Shown here: piece by piece, positions 33,116 through 43,473 of the stretch
Numbering within the stretch: position 1 is the first letter of the stretch
How the letters are laid out: the number at the start of each line of letters is the position of its first letter
Source: a plasmid
Sequence record: NZ_CP110904.1
Reading direction: 5' to 3' (one strand)
DNA length: 64,000 nucleotides
Program-made: the position numbers and the translations under genes
Notes under the pieces: generated by a model
Told to the model about the DNA's origin: nothing
Seen by the model: only the letters and a program-made list of their open reading frames with translations
Database searches by the model: none

Positions 33116-33562
33116 TTATTTGATTTTGTTAATTACTTTTAAAACATCGTCTACTTTTCCAGAAACAGTGTATTTCACATGTTTTCCTGATTTATTTTTT
33201 TTAATTATAGAGACTTTAACGTCTATATCTCTAGTTCCAAAGTTATCAATTTTTTTCTGAATATAATTTGAAACAAGATTTACTAAAAAAGGTATCATTA
33301 CTGATGTGGCAAAGAAAGTGCCTAACGCTAACGTTATACTGTTTAATTGCAGGTACGAAACACCATTAGAATCTCCGTACACTTTAACATTAGAATGTGA
33401 TTGCTTGGTGAACTGGAAAAAATCCAGTGCATTACCTCCAGTAATTTTTGAACTATCAAAAACGATCGCAATCTCATCATCTTGAGGTTCATATGAAGAA
33501 ATGATTTTTACCTCTTCATCTTCATCACTCATTTCACTCAAAGTAATGGGGTTCATTCTCAA
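33116..33562 (-). CDS. Hypothetical protein (148 aa) with one predicted TM segment
   Basis: ORF 17 nt upstream of the SEC-C gene; hydrophobic LALGTFFATSVMIPFLVNLV. Confidence 0.55.
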   Translation of the reverse strand: MRMNPITLSEMSDEDEEVKIISSYEPQDDEIAIVFDSSKITGGNALDFFQFTKQSHSNVKVYGDSNGVSYLQLNSITLALGTFFATSVMIPFLVNLVSNYIQKKIDNFGTRDIDVKVSIIKKNKSGKHVKYTVSGKVDDVLKVINKIK

Positions 33563-33708
33563 CTCCTTGTTTTATATTTTTACATTCAAATTTTACTATA
33601 CGACTGGTTAATTGCTCCTGTCCAACACACACCAGAGTTCATATGCTTAGCATACAAGGGACCAATGCCAGTAGCGACAGGCTAGTGTGTCAAAAAACCA
33701 CATGAAGA

Positions 33709-35070
33709 TCAATCTCCTGCGGAAAATTTGGCCGCAATTAGTTTCATTGTCCTTTCCATGCCTTGATAAACTGTCGCATCTGTAATGTTTAACCTTGCGA
33801 GTTCCTTAAGTATTCTAGCTTTGTTTCTGATCACTATTTTTTCTACTTTAAACTCTTGCATAGCATCATCAGGGTTTGAAACTAAATCGGGATAAACAGC
33901 ATTATTCCCAAATAATAAGAATGCACCTGACTGTGATGACATCCTTTCATTATTATTTCTTCCTTTAACGAAAATTAACCTTTCCAAATCTGATGGTATA
34001 ATTACATCTTTAAAATAAGGTTTTTCATCTTTAATGTAATGTATGAGTTTTTGACAAGCTTCAGTTTTATTGAAAGCCTCCTTGTCCATTTTACAATCCA
34101 GCTGATCTTTCAGTGTTTGACTTAGCATTGATATATTTGATATGCAACTTACTGTATCAGAGTCAAAGAATTTTATACGATCCCTTTTTGTTTTGAAAAT
34201 AATAACATGTCCATCAACCTCATTTGTATTTTCATTATTACTAATGTCGCAACAAGCGAAATACAGAGCGATTAGTGGATTTGATGTTATATCCAACAAA
34301 CGAGTTGGTAGTCCGTAGTGTTGCATCCTTACTAACTTGTCTAGCATTGTTTTATCATCAACAAACTCAGTTGGCCTTGCTGTTAGGGCTTCACGGACTA
34401 AATTTGATTCACTGTGCAAATGCTTGAAGTTACCTTTTTTGTTTTTCCTGAAAACTGATGGAGCCAACTCGTAAGATACATCAGAATGTCCACGATAAAA
34501 TATTTCTGCATCTTCTTCATGATCTTGTTCTAAAACACGCGCCATGAAACTTTGAACATTATCTATTATTGGGTAGTTATCAACTTCATCAGGAAGTGCT
34601 TCAGTAGGAGGAAGTGGTGTACTTCTTGTCGTTATATTTAGAAGTGCTAATGTTTGATTTAAATCACGTGCTTTTATTCCCCAGTGAGTCCGTTTCAGCC
34701 CATATGCACCTAATTCTAAAGCTGTTTGATATAACTCTTTGTTTATCACTACGACATCATCTTGTGAGTGAGTGATTCTGAAATCAAACTCAACATTTTT
34801 GTTAACTGTTCGTAGATTTGAAATTACACCAAGTCGCAAAGTAATGTATTCAACATTGTCTCGGGAATAAAGTTCTGACATAAAAAGCGTAGGTAATTTC
34901 TCAATATAAGATAATGCTTTATCATTCAAAGGCGTTAACTTCAACCGGATGTCATCAGAGGTGCCTTCTAACATACGTGATATAGGAAAATCACAACTCC
35001 CACTAACCCGTTCATACATGGGCCAATGTTCAAAATAGTCAGGTTCTCCGCCCATAATTAGATTAAACAT
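33709..35070 (-). CDS. FRG-domain protein (453 aa)
   Basis: EIFYRGHSDVSYELAPSVFR and MQHYGLPTRLLDITSNPLIALYFAC resemble the FRG domain; AT-rich. Confidence 0.7.
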   Translation of the reverse strand: MFNLIMGGEPDYFEHWPMYERVSGSCDFPISRMLEGTSDDIRLKLTPLNDKALSYIEKLPTLFMSELYSRDNVEYITLRLGVISNLRTVNKNVEFDFRITHSQDDVVVINKELYQTALELGAYGLKRTHWGIKARDLNQTLALLNITTRSTPLPPTEALPDEVDNYPIIDNVQSFMARVLEQDHEEDAEIFYRGHSDVSYELAPSVFRKNKKGNFKHLHSESNLVREALTARPTEFVDDKTMLDKLVRMQHYGLPTRLLDITSNPLIALYFACCDISNNENTNEVDGHVIIFKTKRDRIKFFDSDTVSCISNISMLSQTLKDQLDCKMDKEAFNKTEACQKLIHYIKDEKPYFKDVIIPSDLERLIFVKGRNNNERMSSQSGAFLLFGNNAVYPDLVSNPDDAMQEFKVEKIVIRNKARILKELARLNITDATVYQGMERTMKLIAAKFSAGD

Positions 35071-35083
35071 TAAAACTAAATCC

Positions 35084-35887
35084 TTATATTTTACTTAATG
35101 AATTATTTACAATCCAATCAATTGCGCCAGAGGTGCGAATCCAAGGCTTTATATTATGATTCACATAATAAATGGCTTCATCCATTCCACCTAACGTGAT
35201 ATATCCACTGTTAGACTTGATCTGTAATCTGCACTTCGATAACAAGCCGGGGATGTGTCTATTAGAATCAATCGCAGCTTTAGCGATATCATCGGCATCC
35301 GGGGATGACTGTCGGTAGGCGAGTAGGGCGCGTGTATACTGAAAAAACGAACGCATATCCCCAGGATAATCGTCCAGTAGCAAGGCCAGATCATCCACCA
35401 TTTCAAGCTCAAGGTAATAGTTCGCTAATAAATGACGAATCCCCTGGTTATCGTTCGGGTTGAGCTTCAGCATTTCGCGGCTATGAGCCATAGCCGGATA
35501 AAAATTACCAGACTCCCATAAGGCCTCAGCCAAAGCTGCTTTTGCTCTCATATATGGACGTGTTTCGACAAATCCCCAGAAACGTCCTGCGAACTCCTGA
35601 AAATCCTCGCCAAGTGCAATGCTGGCTGCGTACAAAGCAGTCTCCAGCTTCCCGATTTTTGACTCAGGAGGTTCTTGAGATATCTCGCAGTAGAATGAGT
35701 ATGCGTCAGCACAGAGCGGGGATTTCTTGATAGCTTTTCTGATGAGTTTCAGCACAACTTCCAGGTCATCATTTTCCCAGGCATCGAACATGAACTCCTG
35801 AGCCGCAACCAGATCTAGATGTAATTGCTCAGAGCTGACAGCAGTTTTATACAAATCAACGCGCTTTGTAGTCGGGAATTTAATCAT
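35084..35887 (-). CDS. Hypothetical alpha-helical (TPR-like) protein (267 aa)
   Basis: Long ORF of moderate GC; no confident family call. Confidence 0.65.
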   Translation of the reverse strand: MIKFPTTKRVDLYKTAVSSEQLHLDLVAAQEFMFDAWENDDLEVVLKLIRKAIKKSPLCADAYSFYCEISQEPPESKIGKLETALYAASIALGEDFQEFAGRFWGFVETRPYMRAKAALAEALWESGNFYPAMAHSREMLKLNPNDNQGIRHLLANYYLELEMVDDLALLLDDYPGDMRSFFQYTRALLAYRQSSPDADDIAKAAIDSNRHIPGLLSKCRLQIKSNSGYITLGGMDEAIYYVNHNIKPWIRTSGAIDWIVNNSLSKI

Positions 35888-35902
35888 CTCAAGTATCCTT
35901 TT

Positions 35903-37318
35903 GGGGACTCACTGTTCCGGTACTTTGCAGCACTGATGGTCGATTCTATCGCTTTGAACTTGCCACAAACAAGCTCGGGTCTGCCAGAACGGGATTGATA
36001 GCCCGGAGCTGTTCCTGGATGCGCACCTGAGCCTTACGGCTGGGCGATTTTTTGCTTCGTTCCCGTTTGCCTTCGCTTTCCCGCTCATCCTGTTTTACCT
36101 GAGCCAGTCGGAGTACAGTCCCGAGACGTTTGTTATCAACAATCTGCCCCTGGTCGACACAGGCCAGCTTATCAAATGCCTGGCACTTAAGGCTCCGGTG
36201 CCCATAGAGGAAGGCGAGGGTGCCATCGGGATAATCCAGTACTTTAATTTTTTCACCGGCAAGACGGCTATTTTCTTCTGTGGTGTCCATGAGATAAAGG
36301 ATCTTATCGTACTGGAAGGTCAGTGATTTCGACACGGTACGAACATCATGCCAGGCAAAGATGTCTCTTAATTCATCGGGGCTTTCCTGCACCGGACGAT
36401 GCAAATCTTTGGGGAACTTAGCCGGTCGTGAAAACCGGCTGTTAAAGTCAGCGATGAAAGTGGCAAGCCAGGCATTTGCGGCCTCAATGCCGGTTATACC
36501 TTCCAGACGCATTTCTTTGATCAGCCGATCCTGAAGTGTCTGATTCGCACGTTCCACGCGGCCTTTAGCTTCAGAGCTGTTGGCACAAATAAGCTCGATT
36601 GCCAGGTCATAAAGCACACGTCCGAACTGGGTAACGGTGGTATTGCGTTTCTCCGGACCACTGACGCGAAATATTGCGTGTTTGTCACTGTACAGCGATA
36701 CCGGCTTCCCATGCTGCTCGATGTATTCCCGGGTTGCCAGCATGTAGTCAAAGGCTGTTTCTGACTCGCTGAACCGCAAATGCATCAGACGCCCGGTGGC
36801 ATCATCGATAAAGACCAGCAGGCAGCATTTTGGCGCACGGCCTTCAAACCAGTCATGGTGGGAGCCGTCGATCTGGATAAGTTCACCCAGACAATCACGC
36901 CGATGTCGGGGTTGATAAACCCGTGACTTACGGCGAGCATGCGGGACCCAGAGTCCGTCAGACGTCATCCAGTTGCGGACGGTCTCGATTGAAAGCCGGA
37001 TATTATGGCGCTCTCTGAGTTTTTCTGCGGCCAGTGTGGGCCCAAAGTCACTGTAGTTTTCACGTATCAGCGTGAGTACTCGTAGTTTGAGAGATTCGGT
37101 CAACCGGCGGTTGCTGGGCTGGCCGCGTTTGCGGCTGACAAGTCCTTCAGCACCAGAAACTCGGTAACGATTGATAAGTCGTTGCGCCTGACGTTCTGAA
37201 ATGCCAAGCTGTGATGCTGCATCACGACGGCGTAGACGCTTTTCACAAACTGCCTGTATCACCGGTAGGCGGTGGATCTCTTTATCTGACATGGTCACCA
37301 ACATGCGTTGAGTCCCTT
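35903..37318 (-). mobile_element. ISNCY-family (IS1202/ISKpn21-like) insertion sequence, about 1.4 kb; boundaries approximate
   Basis: Imperfect terminal IRs GGGACTCAC / GGGACTCAAC at 35904 and 37316; a single transposase ORF fills the element. Confidence 0.6.
35946..37292 (-). CDS. ISNCY-family transposase (HTH + DDE integrase core)
   Basis: MSDKEIHRLPVIQAVCEKRLRRRDAASQLGISERQAQRLINRYR... then a DDE/rve region. Confidence 0.8.
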   Translation of the reverse strand: MSDKEIHRLPVIQAVCEKRLRRRDAASQLGISERQAQRLINRYRVSGAEGLVSRKRGQPSNRRLTESLKLRVLTLIRENYSDFGPTLAAEKLRERHNIRLSIETVRNWMTSDGLWVPHARRKSRVYQPRHRRDCLGELIQIDGSHHDWFEGRAPKCCLLVFIDDATGRLMHLRFSESETAFDYMLATREYIEQHGKPVSLYSDKHAIFRVSGPEKRNTTVTQFGRVLYDLAIELICANSSEAKGRVERANQTLQDRLIKEMRLEGITGIEAANAWLATFIADFNSRFSRPAKFPKDLHRPVQESPDELRDIFAWHDVRTVSKSLTFQYDKILYLMDTTEENSRLAGEKIKVLDYPDGTLAFLYGHRSLKCQAFDKLACVDQGQIVDNKRLGTVLRLAQVKQDERESEGKRERSKKSPSRKAQVRIQEQLRAINPVLADPSLFVASSKR

Positions 37319-37503
37319 AGAATTGCATTCAGTTTAGCTTACTCTAAGGTGACGTTTCTATCTGGATAAAAAGTGACATTACTAAATGGTTCTAACATTA
37401 TAAGTGCGTATAACGTGGATTATGTTAACCCAAAAACGTTTAATTGTAATGGATAGTCGAGTTGGGTATACTTTCGGGAAGTACTTCAATTCATAATATA
37501 CCC

Positions 37504-38028
37504 ATGACTGAACTCGTTGAAAGTAAGCTGTGCCGAAAATGCAAGACTCTGAAGAGCTTGTTAGACTTCGGAATTGACCGTAAAAGTAAGGATGGCCATA
37601 AGACTCGCTGCCGCCAGTGCGTAGCTGGCGAAAACCGGTTGTATAAATTGAATAACCGCAATGTAGTCAATGCAGCCAAGAACCGGTATCGTCAACGCCA
37701 TACCGCCGAAATGGCCGACTATATGCGTTTGTATCGTGCCAGGGTCCGTGGAAGCCAGCTGGCTGACCGCCACCGTCAGCACCTGGAGTTTCACAAAGAA
37801 GTGAATATTCAGCTTCAATTTAGGCTCGGAGCCATCATGGCCTCTCAGTTACTTCAGAATGACAAAACTATAGAGATTGAAAAGTTACTTTTAAAGTACC
37901 TTAAATCGCCTGAATCTGCTTCCGGAAGAAAGGCTCTTAATGAAGCTAGGGGAATCGCTTTCAGAGCGAAAATATCATATGAGGCGTTCAATACTCTTTT
38001 GAATACATTGAACAGATCACGAATTTAG
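37504..38028 (+). CDS. Hypothetical Cys-rich (Zn-ribbon-like) basic protein (174 aa)
   Basis: CRKCKTLKSLLDF...CRQCVAGENR paired CxxC motifs; start taken at MTELVESK. Confidence 0.55.
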   Translation: MTELVESKLCRKCKTLKSLLDFGIDRKSKDGHKTRCRQCVAGENRLYKLNNRNVVNAAKNRYRQRHTAEMADYMRLYRARVRGSQLADRHRQHLEFHKEVNIQLQFRLGAIMASQLLQNDKTIEIEKLLLKYLKSPESASGRKALNEARGIAFRAKISYEAFNTLLNTLNRSRI

Positions 38029-38132
38029 ATGCCCCGTTAGTATAAATCGTGTTTCTAAAGGCTTTCGTATGTTTAAAAAAGGAAAAAGCTTAATAGCTTT
38101 TAGTGATTAAAATTACTATGCAGGCGAAATAA

Positions 38133-39773
38133 ATGAGCAGATTTTATGATTTCAATGCGTTAGAACTAATGGAAATGGCCCCCATATCTATCTTCAGTCG
38201 TAACAAAAATACTGAGATTTTCCTGGATGATCAATTATTAGAGCAGGAACGTCGCCATTGCCTGTCGGTTCATATTTTTTGCAGAAAGCTCGAAAGATTT
38301 GAAGAAGAATTTAACAGCAATAAAAGTTCCAGAAATCGCTTGGTTAAGTTCCTTGAATCACAAGAATGCGATTTTATCTATGATATAGCTAAAGAGTGGT
38401 CATCTTACAATTTACAAAAAGTTCCTCAAAGCACAACTTATACGTACTTGAAAACACTTGTCGAACACATCAACGAACTCAAAAGTAAGTTTGGCATTAT
38501 GAGTTATGCCACTTATCACAACAATTACATTCATAACTTAATTACGACAATCAATGAAAACCTCGTAAATATTAATTATGATTTATCCCTTATTACATCA
38601 ACAAAGCGAAATTGGAATCTTTATCGAACTGAATTCGGACTAATTCTAGCGAACGGGATTAGGAAAGTATTACTTATTGATAAATTAGAACATTTGAAAA
38701 ACAAAGATCTTAAGCCGGGACTTATTTTCTTCATTACAACGCCAGTGTCACAAGATGTCTTGCAGGATTTATTTTCACGTCACCAGCCTTACATTATGAT
38801 TTATAGGAATGAAAAAGGCATTATAAAAACAGTTGAACCACTTCATCTGCTTACCGATGCTCTTTATGAAATCATTTCACTGGCTTCAAATATTAAAAAT
38901 AAAGACTCAATGTTCTTTGAACCTAAAAATAAGTTAACCTCTATTATTGAAGAATTGTTTGAGCTCCAGAACCTTTTTGAAGAATACATGCGCCAGAGTT
39001 TTATGCAGGTCAGATTAAGTGAAAGAAACACACAATATATATATAATAAAATCAGATCACTTAAACATCAAGCCAATCATCTTGAGTTTGGAAATACAGA
39101 AAAAATACGGACGCTCGCTTTTAAACTAGGTGTATTAGCTGATTCATTTAATAATTACGATGTTAAAAGCAAGACAATCGACCTTCTGCCTAATACTATT
39201 TTCACTGGCATTCAGAACATTACCAGCAACAGTAATTTGTATCGTGTGAAAAACGACATTCTGTTTTATGAAAATAACCTTACAGCATCATTATTAACCT
39301 GGTTGAAAGCAAGCCTTGAACTTAAAAAGTTTATGGTGGTCCAGGAAGATCAGATCGCAAACGGGCGAAGTGATATTTCTATTTTCTCTTCAGGTGTGAG
39401 AGTTTGCATTATCGAATCCAAGTTAATACAAGAACATTCCACCGAAGTGCCAATAAAATCTGTAATAACAAAAGGAATATTTCAACTTTATACAAAGTAT
39501 TCAGACTCTGTTGCTCAGTCATTTATCGTTCCGCCTGACCTATATCTGGTGTTATTCTGCTTTGACCATAAATTTGTGAATATTCGTAAACACACTGAAT
39601 CAGCGCTTGAAGACTACCAAAAAGAAAACAGAAATATTAAACTTGAAATGATGCACAGCACCCATCATCAAACCATACGCTTTAGCTTGCGAGAGTCTGG
39701 CGGAATATTTGCGGATAAAGTCGTTTATATTAACTTAACTATAGCAAATCTCAGGACAAAGGATAAAAATTGA
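38133..39773 (+). CDS. Hypothetical protein (546 aa), very AT-rich; possible C-terminal PD-(D/E)xK-like motif
   Basis: Long ORF of about 31% GC; RSDISIFSSGVRVCIIESKL fits a D-x14-E-x-K nuclease pattern (weak). Confidence 0.7.
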   Translation: MSRFYDFNALELMEMAPISIFSRNKNTEIFLDDQLLEQERRHCLSVHIFCRKLERFEEEFNSNKSSRNRLVKFLESQECDFIYDIAKEWSSYNLQKVPQSTTYTYLKTLVEHINELKSKFGIMSYATYHNNYIHNLITTINENLVNINYDLSLITSTKRNWNLYRTEFGLILANGIRKVLLIDKLEHLKNKDLKPGLIFFITTPVSQDVLQDLFSRHQPYIMIYRNEKGIIKTVEPLHLLTDALYEIISLASNIKNKDSMFFEPKNKLTSIIEELFELQNLFEEYMRQSFMQVRLSERNTQYIYNKIRSLKHQANHLEFGNTEKIRTLAFKLGVLADSFNNYDVKSKTIDLLPNTIFTGIQNITSNSNLYRVKNDILFYENNLTASLLTWLKASLELKKFMVVQEDQIANGRSDISIFSSGVRVCIIESKLIQEHSTEVPIKSVITKGIFQLYTKYSDSVAQSFIVPPDLYLVLFCFDHKFVNIRKHTESALEDYQKENRNIKLEMMHSTHHQTIRFSLRESGGIFADKVVYINLTIANLRTKDKN

Positions 39774-40243
39774 GAGACACAATGGTAACAGTGAATAACA
39801 CACCTATACATCTCTCTGACCTTAATGATGCCTTTTTAGCGGTAGACAGTGCAAAGCTGGAATGCGATGGGCATACTTTAATGCTCAGCCATGCCTTGAT
39901 GGAGGCTAAGATCCCACATCTTCGCTTCCTTGGGAAAGTTACCGTTAAGGGATGTGATTTTGTGCTCCCCCCCCACTTATGGTTGCAAATCGACGGCTTC
40001 ACGGTGGACTACCGCCTCCGGATGTGGATTAACCTTTTCTGTGGCCCAGATAAAGCCTCAGGGGCGCCCCATGGCATTTTCAGCAGCCTTCATTACCCGA
40101 AGCATCATTATGAACCACTGAGGCCAGCACCGTGTAATCTACTAGCCCCAAATCTGCTCGATTTAATTACCGATGGATTCGCCTCAAAAATCTGCATCCC
40201 GGAATCTACGTTGGCATGGTATTCGACAGGACAAATGAAATAA
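39770..40243 (+). CDS. Hypothetical protein (157 aa) overlapping the preceding gene by 4 nt
   Basis: ATGA start/stop overlap implies translational coupling; markedly higher GC than its partner. Confidence 0.6.
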   Translation: MRDTMVTVNNTPIHLSDLNDAFLAVDSAKLECDGHTLMLSHALMEAKIPHLRFLGKVTVKGCDFVLPPHLWLQIDGFTVDYRLRMWINLFCGPDKASGAPHGIFSSLHYPKHHYEPLRPAPCNLLAPNLLDLITDGFASKICIPESTLAWYSTGQMK

Positions 40244-40463
40244 TGTTATCCGGTAAATAGTAGATAACTCCGGTCGTTAGGAAAATTGGCTTTGATAGGG
40301 TTACTTCAGTTCTTTTAGCCACGACTTTCTTTCAAAGGATGAATGTGAAAATATTCCCGTTTGAGGTTCAAAACTCTATAGCCGTTTTGAACCATCTCAG
40401 ATTGTAATTTTACCATCGAGCTCTTACTGGCGAAGGTTCCAATGGTGAATGCGGTAAATCTGC

Positions 40464-40649
40464 TTAACGGAACCATTCCGGATGTCGCATACGATCAGCT
40501 TTAATAACTTGCGTGTTCAATTCAATGACTTCCGTCGGTGTTAAAATTAAGGCATCTGGATTCGAAATTAATGGTCGTAGAACCACCTCCCCTTTTTTAT
40601 CATCTTTAGAACCGTAGATATTAATTAGAAAATGCATGCGTTGATTTAA
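40464..40649 (-). pseudogene. 3' remnant (61 codons) of a gene disrupted by IS5
   Basis: Listed ORF 40464..40739 is chimeric: its first 30 codons lie within IS5; native part ...MHFLINIYGSKDDKKGEVVLRPLISNPDALILTPTEVIELNTQVIKADRMRHPEWFR. Confidence 0.6.
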
Positions 40650-41845
<1,196 letters not shown>

Positions 41846-41920
41846 TTAATTCTGATTGACTTACCGGTGATGCTGCCAACTTACTGATTTAGTGTATGAT
41901 GGTGTTTTTGAGGTGCTCCA

Positions 41921-42196
41921 GTGGCTTCTGTTTCTATCAGCTGTCCCTCCTGTTCAGCTACTGACGGGGTGGTGCGTAACGGCAAAAGCACCGCCGGACA
42001 TCAGCGCTATCTCTGCTCTCACTGCCGTAAAACATGGCAACTGCAGTTCACTTACACCGCTTCTCAACCCGGTACGCACCAGAAAATCATTGATATGGCC
42101 ATGAATGGCGTTGGATGCCGGGCAACTGCCCGCATTATGGGCGTTGGCCTCAACACGATTTTACGTCACTTAAAAAACTCAGGCCGCAGTCGGTAA
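41921..42196 (+). CDS. insA: IS1 InsA
   Basis: 91 aa [43 protein letters not shown]... Confidence 0.95.
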
Positions 42197-42618
42197 CCTC
42201 GCGCATACAGCCGGGCAGTGACGTCATCGTCTGCGCGGAAATGGACGAACAGTGGGGATACGTCGGGGCTAAATCGCGCCAGCGCTGGCTGTTTTACGCG
42301 TATGACAGGCTCCGGAAGACGGTTGTTGCGCACGTATTCGGTGAACGCACTATGGCGACGCTGGGGCGTCTTATGAGCCTGCTGTCACCCTTTGACGTGG
42401 TGATATGGATGACGGATGGCTGGCCGCTGTATGAATCCCGCCTGAAGGGAAAGCTGCACGTAATCAGCAAGCGATATACGCAGCGAATTGAGCGGCATAA
42501 CCTGAATCTGAGGCAGCACCTGGCACGGCTGGGACGGAAGTCGCTGTCGTTCTCAAAATCGGTGGAGCTGCATGACAAAGTCATCGGGCATTATCTGAAC
42601 ATAAAACACTATCAATAA
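42115..42618 (+). CDS. insB: IS1 InsB (frameshift partner of InsA)
   Basis: 167 aa ORF in the +1... overlapping frame within IS1. Confidence 0.85.
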
Positions 42619-42642
42619 GTTGGAATCATTACCGACCACGGC

Positions 42643-43443
42643 ATGGATAACAAGATGCAGTGTAAGACTGCGAGATCTTCATGGTCCAATCCAATTCTGA
42701 CATGCTTTGAGTCACCCTCGTCAGATGATAAAATATGGAAAATTTATCTAATTCAAAAAGGGCTGCTTGTGGATAATTCATTTCGTGCAGAAATAAAGGT
42801 TCTTTCCGTTTTCGACTTTGATGGAACTCTTACCCGACATGACAGCTTTATCCCCTTTTTGCGCTTTGCCTTCGGTAACAGTGTCTTCACCCGCCGGTTG
42901 GTTAAACTCGCTCTTCCTACCCTGCGGTGTTTGAGTCGCAAACTAACTCGTGATGAACTCAAAGAAATTTTAATATCAACGTTTCTCACTGGTATCGAGG
43001 AAAAGTGGGTCAAGGAGAAAGCTGAAGCCTATTGCAACCTTTATTGGGGGCGTCTGATGAGAGCATCAGGCCTATTGGCCGTGGCAACGGAAGTTTCTAA
43101 CAATGTTGAGGTGACACTCTGCTCAGCCTCACCGAGGCTTGTACTTGCTCCGTTTGCTGAACGACTGGGGATCAAGCTCATCGGTACAGAGCTGGAAAGC
43201 GTTAATGGTATCCTGACCGGGCGCATTACAGGGCACAATTGTCGTTGCATACAGAAAATTAACCGGCTGGAGTCTATTTACGGACCATTAGATCAGTATC
43301 ATCTTCGAGCCTGGGGGGACACTCGGGGCGATTATGAATTGCTGGCAGCCGCCAAAGATGCCCACTGGCGGCACTTCCATCCTCGTTGGGACAGAAAAAA
43401 AGCTTTTATACACCGCTTAAAAAAGGAGTCGTTCAGGGTCTAA
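42643..43443 (+). CDS. HAD-superfamily hydrolase (HAD-IB/phosphoserine-phosphatase-like); N-terminus possibly altered by the adjacent IS1
   Basis: VFDFDGTLT motif I, downstream Thr/Lys/Asp motifs; the ORF starts 10 nt after the IS1 end. Confidence 0.7.
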   Translation: MDNKMQCKTARSSWSNPILTCFESPSSDDKIWKIYLIQKGLLVDNSFRAEIKVLSVFDFDGTLTRHDSFIPFLRFAFGNSVFTRRLVKLALPTLRCLSRKLTRDELKEILISTFLTGIEEKWVKEKAEAYCNLYWGRLMRASGLLAVATEVSNNVEVTLCSASPRLVLAPFAERLGIKLIGTELESVNGILTGRITGHNCRCIQKINRLESIYGPLDQYHLRAWGDTRGDYELLAAAKDAHWRHFHPRWDRKKAFIHRLKKESFRV

Positions 43444-43473
43444 AATCGCACAACATGAACGTTTTAAATAATA

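Larger units (their letters stand above)
41866..42633 (+). mobile_element. IS1, 768 bp, without a matching 9-bp target duplication
   Basis: GGTGATGCTGCCAACTTACTGAT ... AAGTTGGAATCATTACC ends; flanks TGACTTACC vs GACCACGGC. Confidence 0.9.
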
